Assembly: GCA_903833275.1 (NCBI GenBank)
Contig: CAILEP010000020.1
Coordinates: 8,277-72,276 of the forward strand
DNA length: 64,000 nt
Source: an uncultured Bdellovibrionales bacterium
Lineage (GTDB): Bacteria > Bdellovibrionota > Bdellovibrionia > Bdellovibrionales > UBA1609
Direction: 5' to 3'
In this document: piece after piece, positions 58,557 through 64,000 of the stretch
Layout of the letters: the number at the start of each line of letters is the position of its first letter
Position numbering within the stretch: the first letter of the stretch is position 1
Notes under the pieces: generated by a model
The model's database searches: none
Seen by the model: only the letters and a program-made list of their open reading frames with translations
Told to the model about the DNA's origin: nothing
Position numbers and translations under genes: made by a program

Positions 58557-59401
58557 AGGCGCAACTTGCCAGTGTGTTGAAATAAAGCATCCGTCTTAAC
58601 CCAGCCCGATTGGCCAGAGGTGAGGGTTACCTGAGCCCAGCCACTATGAACAGTTTCAATGATCACATCAAAGCCCTCCAAAATATCGAAAATGGCATTG
58701 TCCTCGAGGCTCGGGCCTGTTCGTAGCGAAGCCGTTGCGTCGATTACGGTGGCGTGAATTTCAAAAAGAGAAATGAATTTGCCGGCTGAAAGTGCGACAA
58801 AAATAAAAAGACCTGTGATGAGGGCAATGCCGACGGTCGGGGCGCGCGGCATTGGCAGCTCTTGGCGAAGTGAAACGCGCCGTGCAGCCAAATACCGAAT
58901 CGTCAGAAAGCCACCGAGTGCCAAAAAAATCCAACTCAGTACGAGAAATTTATTAAGACTGGCGCGATCTAGAATGCGAGAGCGAAAAAGACTCCATGTT
59001 GAAAGGCTATCGGTCATATCGCGAGGCAGCTCTTGTGAAGAAAACTCGAGGGCTTGGGCCGCGGGGCGAAAATCAGGATCGATGAATAATGCCCTGCGCC
59101 AGAGGCCAACTGCTAAACCGCGTTTTTTTAACTTATACGATGCCAGCCCCCAGTTGTAATGAAGCGCGGCAAAGTCTTTACCATCAAGAAATTCTTTCTT
59201 AAATTTCTGGCCGGCCTCATCGTATTTTTGTTCCTGGTAAAGTTTGATGCCTGACTGAAAGCCGTCTTCGCCAGAAGCAGAGACCGGGTCGCCGGCGAAT
59301 GTAAAACTCTCGACCATAGCGCACGGCAAGCCGAGTGAAAAAATCAAAAATGAAAAGTATAAAGCACGTTTCACAGAAAAGAATCTTAGCCTTGTTTTCA
59401 T
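58550..59401 (-). CDS. BatE-like TPR + TM + SH3 protein
   Basis: Signal, TPR (YNWGLASYK), two TM helices, SH3b LRTGPS...GWVK. Confidence 0.75.
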   Translation of the reverse strand: MKTRLRFFSVKRALYFSFLIFSLGLPCAMVESFTFAGDPVSASGEDGFQSGIKLYQEQKYDEAGQKFKKEFLDGKDFAALHYNWGLASYKLKKRGLAVGLWRRALFIDPDFRPAAQALEFSSQELPRDMTDSLSTWSLFRSRILDRASLNKFLVLSWIFLALGGFLTIRYLAARRVSLRQELPMPRAPTVGIALITGLFIFVALSAGKFISLFEIHATVIDATASLRTGPSLEDNAIFDILEGFDVIIETVHSGWAQVTLTSGQSGWVKTDALFQHTGKLRLW

Positions 59402-59445
59402 TCTAAGCGAAGAGTAAAATTTTTTAACAACACAAAGGGTAAATC

Positions 59446-60825
59446 ATGACAACGACCAAAGGCCAACAACTTGCCCAGTCGGCGAAACTTCGTTCGCATA
59501 TCGACGAGGCAGTTAAAGAAGTAATGTCTGCAGCGGCAAAAATTGAGGGCGTGCGCCCACCCGATCCAGACAAAATAGCAAAAGCGAAAGAATTGATGGA
59601 TCAGATAGGGGTCGTACGTGGCCGCCCGCTTCATTATCCATACGTGGGCTCTGGGATTGGCCGGGGGGCATATGTTGAGCTTGAAGATGGCAGCGTCAAA
59701 CTAGATTTAATAAACGGAATTGGCATTCATATAATGGGACATAGTCATCCACGCGTGATGGCGGCTACGGCTAGAGGGGCTTTTTCTGATGTAGTTGTGC
59801 AGGGCAATCTTGAGCCCAACCGAGAGTACTTTGATTTTAGCAAAAAACTACTCGATATCGCCAGCCGGCAGAGCCGGCTGAAGCACGTATGGCTTTCAAC
59901 TTGTGGCACGATGGCGAATGAAAATGCGTTGAAAGCGTGTCGTCAAAAAAAATCTCCAGCGAGAATGATTATCGCAATGGATGCCGCATTTGCGGGCCGC
60001 TCGACATTAATGGCCGAACTCACAGATAATCCGAACTTTCGAGTAGGGCTGCCGCAGTATAACGAAGTGTTAAGGGTGCCGTGGTACGATCAGAAAACCA
60101 AAGGCAGTTCGGAAAGGTCTCTGGCGATTTTAAAAGAGCACGTGGCCAAACACGAGGGTAATATTTGCTGTTTTACTTTTGAGCCCATGCAGGGCGAGGG
60201 TGGCTACAATGTGGCCCCGCGCGAATTTTTTATCCCGATGCTCGATTTTTGCAAAGAGAAGGGCATCCCGATTTGGGTAGATGAAGTTCAAACGTTTACT
60301 CGAACCGGCCAGTTTTTTGCCTATGAGACGCTGGGTTTTGGCGATTACGTTGACGTCTGTACGATTGCGAAAACCGCCCAAAACGGCGCGACATTTTTCA
60401 CTTCAGAATTTAATCCAAAGCCTGGTCTTATCGCTGGCACGTTCTCGGGGGCATCTGCCGCACTTTGTGCGGGCCTCGAAATTCTTGAGATGCTAGATAA
60501 AGAGAATTACATGGGCGACAGTGGCAAAATAATGAAAATACATCACGAGTTTATCGCCATGCTCAAGCGCCTAGGCCAAACAACTTGCAAGGGCCTTCTC
60601 GAAAGCCCAGAGGGGTTGGGGCTGATGATTGCGGTGACCCCGTTTGGTGGCGTAAAAGAAAAGGTCGATAAGCTAACCCAGGTGCTTTTTAAGAATGGTT
60701 TAATTTGCTTCACTTGCGGCCGCGGCACCTATCGATTGCGTTTTTTGGTGCCAGCGGTAACCACAAGTGAGGACATTAAGGTTGCTGAGCAAATTCTTGA
60801 GAAATCAATTCTGGAGATGGCTTGA
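59446..60825 (+). CDS. Class III PLP-dependent aminotransferase (ornithine/lysine/GABA type)
   Basis: FEPMQGEGG, WVDEVQT, IAK PLP lysine, GTF. Confidence 0.9.
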   Translation: MTTTKGQQLAQSAKLRSHIDEAVKEVMSAAAKIEGVRPPDPDKIAKAKELMDQIGVVRGRPLHYPYVGSGIGRGAYVELEDGSVKLDLINGIGIHIMGHSHPRVMAATARGAFSDVVVQGNLEPNREYFDFSKKLLDIASRQSRLKHVWLSTCGTMANENALKACRQKKSPARMIIAMDAAFAGRSTLMAELTDNPNFRVGLPQYNEVLRVPWYDQKTKGSSERSLAILKEHVAKHEGNICCFTFEPMQGEGGYNVAPREFFIPMLDFCKEKGIPIWVDEVQTFTRTGQFFAYETLGFGDYVDVCTIAKTAQNGATFFTSEFNPKPGLIAGTFSGASAALCAGLEILEMLDKENYMGDSGKIMKIHHEFIAMLKRLGQTTCKGLLESPEGLGLMIAVTPFGGVKEKVDKLTQVLFKNGLICFTCGRGTYRLRFLVPAVTTSEDIKVAEQILEKSILEMA

Positions 60826-62186
60826 GCCCCACGGAGCTGGCGCGGCAAATTATTGCCATCGATAGCTCTGTTTCTCATGGCACTCGCGATGTAGCTCAAT
60901 TTGCATTGCAGGTTGCAAACAGTTGGGGCCTCGAAGCCGAAGTGATAGACGAGAATCTTTCGGGGGTTGCGCAGGCCACGATTTTAATTTCACCTAAGGG
61001 CCAAAATCGAAAAATTGAAAAGGTAAACTGCGGAGTGGCACTAACCTCGCGGCTCGATACCCCAGAGCCGGGCGACTACGGCCGTTGGATTAAGACCGGT
61101 GCTAACCCATTCAACGCAAGCATGTCGGGCGATGAAATTTTTGGCCTCGGCGCGGCTGACTGTAAGCTTGATTTTATTTGTAAATTAATTGCGCTCAAAG
61201 AGGCAGCACAGAACAAAACCGACCGCACAAAACCACTGGTCGTCGGCACTTTTGGTCGCGAAAGTGGGGCCGGGGCGATTCGTCTGTTGAGAAAAAAACA
61301 AATGAGCCCAAGGGCTGTTTTGGCCAGCGCCCCAACGAATTTGAGAATTGCCAATCGAGCCCCGGGTTTTGCAAAGGTTGAGATTTCGATTGCGCTCTCC
61401 GACGCCGAAAAAAAATATCTCGAGCAGCACAATCAGATTGAGGGCGGCCACTCGCAAAGCAAGATTTTTTCGCGGCAACGAGCAACCCTGGGGGCGTATT
61501 CAATTCATGATAATCCAATCATTAAAATGATTGATTACTTAAAGAACATGCCGAGTGGCATGGCTTTGCTTTCGGTAGATGGGGGCACGAGCGCCGAAGT
61601 CGCCCCCGAACTTGTAGAGCTCGAACTCGATCTTCTTGATAGCATCGAGGGCGGGGTGACGACGAAGTTAATTCGAGTGAGCGAGGCCATTAAAAAAATG
61701 GCCACTGAATTAATGTCACTGCGTGATGACGGCTTTTCGCCGCCCCATTCGACGATAAATTTGGGTACGGTCAGAATGTTTTCTGAAGAAATAAAATTAT
61801 CAGGAGTTTGCAGCCTTGTGCCGGCCGGAGATCGCGCGGTTTACGAGGGTTGGCTCGATCGGCTACGAAATGAGTGCGCGGGCGCTGGAGCTCAATTCAA
61901 GTTGCTCGATTTCAAACCGCCGATGTTGGGCGCGGTTGACGGCGCGTTTATGAAGTTTTTAAAAGACAATGCTGGGCAAACGGGGTTGAGCGACGAACTC
62001 GTCGCGGCAAAGGTTTGCACAGAAGCTAACGTTTTTCATCGCCTCGGCATTGAAAGCGCTGTTTTTGGGCCGGGTCAGCCAGTTGAGCTAGACTCGAGTG
62101 CGCTCGAATGTGTGTCGGTATCGCAATTGACATTAGCAATCGAGTTTTATCGAAACGTAATTGAAAATTTTGAAAGACAATATTGA
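60822..62186 (+). CDS. M20/ArgE-DapE family protein with a degenerate metal site
   Basis: NPF...GLGAADCK, TINLG, TEA, FGPG scaffold motifs present; His/Glu ligands substituted. Confidence 0.75.
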   Translation: MSPTELARQIIAIDSSVSHGTRDVAQFALQVANSWGLEAEVIDENLSGVAQATILISPKGQNRKIEKVNCGVALTSRLDTPEPGDYGRWIKTGANPFNASMSGDEIFGLGAADCKLDFICKLIALKEAAQNKTDRTKPLVVGTFGRESGAGAIRLLRKKQMSPRAVLASAPTNLRIANRAPGFAKVEISIALSDAEKKYLEQHNQIEGGHSQSKIFSRQRATLGAYSIHDNPIIKMIDYLKNMPSGMALLSVDGGTSAEVAPELVELELDLLDSIEGGVTTKLIRVSEAIKKMATELMSLRDDGFSPPHSTINLGTVRMFSEEIKLSGVCSLVPAGDRAVYEGWLDRLRNECAGAGAQFKLLDFKPPMLGAVDGAFMKFLKDNAGQTGLSDELVAAKVCTEANVFHRLGIESAVFGPGQPVELDSSALECVSVSQLTLAIEFYRNVIENFERQY

Positions 62187-62193
62187 GGTCCAA

Positions 62194-63714
62194 ATGAATT
62201 CGATGAAGAAAGAGCCACTAATCTACAAGGGTAGTTATATTAATGGGGCCTTTGCGCCAGTTGAGGGTAGCGACGGCACCTGGCAAATTAAATCGCCGGC
62301 CGATTTAAAAGATACGGTTATTGAAATTAAATCCTCGTATCGACACGTGCCCGAGGCGTGTGCGGCGGCAAAAAAAGCATTCCCAAAATGGCGAGCGCTT
62401 TCGATTGATGCACGCAAAGAGTATCTGCTTAAATTAAAAAAAGCGTTTCAAGACCGTGCTGAAGATATGGCGAAAGTCATTTCGCGCGAAACTGGTAAGC
62501 CACTTTGGGAGGCTAAGACTGAAGCCGCTGGTCTCGTTGGTAAAATTGATATCACGCTTGAACATTCGCTGAAGCGCATGGGCGAAGAGAAAGTATCGGG
62601 CGCCTTGCCGGGCGTTGACGGCTACGTTCGATTCAAGCCCCGTGGGGTCATGGCCGTCATTGGGCCCTTTAACTTCCCGGCCCATTTGCCCAATGGTCAT
62701 ATCATCCCAGCGTTGGTCATGGGCAACACGATTGTTTTCAAGCCCTCAGATAAGACCCCGGCCGTGGGTCAGCTCTACGCAGAAATTGTTCATCAGGCGG
62801 GTCTGCCCGAAGGAGTTTTCAATTTGGTGCAGGGCCAGGGCGAAATCGGCCGAAGACTGGTTCAAAATGAAGATATCGATGGGGTTTTGTTTACGGGTTC
62901 TTACGAAGTCGGCTTAAAAATAAAACAGGATACACTTGATCACTACTGGAAGATTTTGGCGCTCGAAATGGGCGGCAAGAATTCAACAGTGGTTTGGTCG
63001 GATGCCAATTTAGAGAAGGCCGTTTATGAAACTTTAATTGGCGCTTATATGACGACGGGCCAGCGCTGCAGCTGCACCAGCAAAGTTGTTTTGCATAAAA
63101 GCATCCGTGACAAATTTATCGAGAACTTTCACGAAGCGGCAAAGAAGCTGACGATTGGACATTGGCAAGACAACCCATTTATGGGGCCGCTGATTGCGCA
63201 GGATTCGGTTGATAAATATTTAAGGTTTCAAGATATCGCAAAGCGCGAGGGCTCAGAGAGTCTTATGCGGGGTAAAGTGATGGAGCTTGCCCACGAGGGT
63301 TACTATGTGACCCCGTCGATCAATATTGTCGAAAAATTCAATCGCGATTCGGTTTATCAGAAAAGCGAAATTTTCGGCCCCAATGTTGCGATCTACACAG
63401 TTGATGATTTTGATGAGGCGCTTGATATCGTGAATTCGGCGGGCTACGGCCTGGCAATGGCACTTTTTTCGAAAGATAGAAGTCTATTCGAGCGTTCGCT
63501 GCTTGAGGCAAAAGTGGGTTTACTTAACTATAATCGCACGACCAACGGGGCGAGTTCGAGGCTGCCGTTTGGCGGGATGGGCAAGTCAGGCAACGATCGG
63601 CCATCAGGCCATTTTGCAATTGATTATTGTGGTATCCCGGTGGCGTCACTCGAAGACCCTACAGCATTTGATCAAAGTAAAATGCTTACGGGCATCACTT
63701 ACAATTTTCGCTAA
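62194..63714 (+). CDS. astD: Succinylglutamate-semialdehyde dehydrogenase-like aldehyde dehydrogenase
   Basis: GPFNFPAHLPNGHIIPAL, LEMGGKN, GQRCS, SGNDRPSG (AstD-like); GAGG SD before 62194. Confidence 0.8.
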   Translation: MNSMKKEPLIYKGSYINGAFAPVEGSDGTWQIKSPADLKDTVIEIKSSYRHVPEACAAAKKAFPKWRALSIDARKEYLLKLKKAFQDRAEDMAKVISRETGKPLWEAKTEAAGLVGKIDITLEHSLKRMGEEKVSGALPGVDGYVRFKPRGVMAVIGPFNFPAHLPNGHIIPALVMGNTIVFKPSDKTPAVGQLYAEIVHQAGLPEGVFNLVQGQGEIGRRLVQNEDIDGVLFTGSYEVGLKIKQDTLDHYWKILALEMGGKNSTVVWSDANLEKAVYETLIGAYMTTGQRCSCTSKVVLHKSIRDKFIENFHEAAKKLTIGHWQDNPFMGPLIAQDSVDKYLRFQDIAKREGSESLMRGKVMELAHEGYYVTPSINIVEKFNRDSVYQKSEIFGPNVAIYTVDDFDEALDIVNSAGYGLAMALFSKDRSLFERSLLEAKVGLLNYNRTTNGASSRLPFGGMGKSGNDRPSGHFAIDYCGIPVASLEDPTAFDQSKMLTGITYNFR

Positions 63715-63737
63715 ACAGAGAACATTTGGGGGCGGCA

Positions 63738-64000
63738 TTGAAAAAAACCATAGTGACTTTTATTCTCGTGCTGATTGGCCTTTCGGGTGCCGTGGCGGCA
63801 TTTATGGTAATTGCATTTCTAACGAGTGCCCCAAGCGCCCAACATAAAGAAACTATTTTTGAAATACCGAATGGCGTGGCGTTTCACCACATTGCGCACG
63901 AGCTAGAGTCGCGCGGGCTTGTTACAAGCGCCCTTAAAATGGGGTTGTTCGCGAAGTTTACTGGGCAAGCAACCCACGTCAAAGTCGGCGAATATTTACT
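63738..64000 (+). CDS. mltG: Endolytic transglycosylase MltG (3' truncated by the window edge)
   Basis: TTG start; translation MKKTIVTFILVLIGL...FEIPNG...IAHELESRGLV...VKVGEYL fits the YceG N-terminus. Confidence 0.8.
   Translation, partial: MKKTIVTFILVLIGLSGAVAAFMVIAFLTSAPSAQHKETIFEIPNGVAFHHIAHELESRGLVTSALKMGLFAKFTGQATHVKVGEYL

Overview
About 64 kb of gene-dense, mostly core-genome bacterial DNA. Gene content and order resemble Bdellovibrionota (Bdellovibrio-like predator); this is an inference. In order: the end of the F1Fo ATP synthase operon (atpG, D, C), mfd, a membrane-arm-only complex I operon (nuoA, H, J-N), a patatin, a winged-HTH/coiled-coil protein, lon, dksA, an LpoA-like lipoprotein, dnaJ-grpE-hemW, an M16 protease, tatBC, a small accessory cassette of FN3 lipoproteins, a propionyl-CoA carboxylase/methylmalonyl-CoA mutase operon, asnS, a subtilase, nucleoside salvage genes, a Met-zincin, pilT, RNase G, rplU-rpmA-obg-nadD/rsfS-rlmH, comF, lolA, rimO, an hpt-TPR-bamD-AI-2E-cNMP cluster, an aminotransferase-M20-astD module and the start of mltG. 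I saw no rRNA, tRNA, CRISPR or mobile element. Most notable: (1) three TGACTAGTCA-type palindromes around the promoter of a wHTH/coiled-coil gene with RacA-like architecture; (2) a Met-zincin that appears to start at ATT; (3) a 25-aa membrane microprotein after rimO that is absent from the ORF track; (4) a 221-nt Lys-rich dual-coding obg/nadD overlap; (5) a nonsense codon in the signal peptide of an FN3 lipoprotein paralog, in an operon with an SD-sequestering leader; (6) an M20 enzyme that has lost its metal ligands; (7) several apparently leaderless genes. All motif calls were made by eye, with no database searches.
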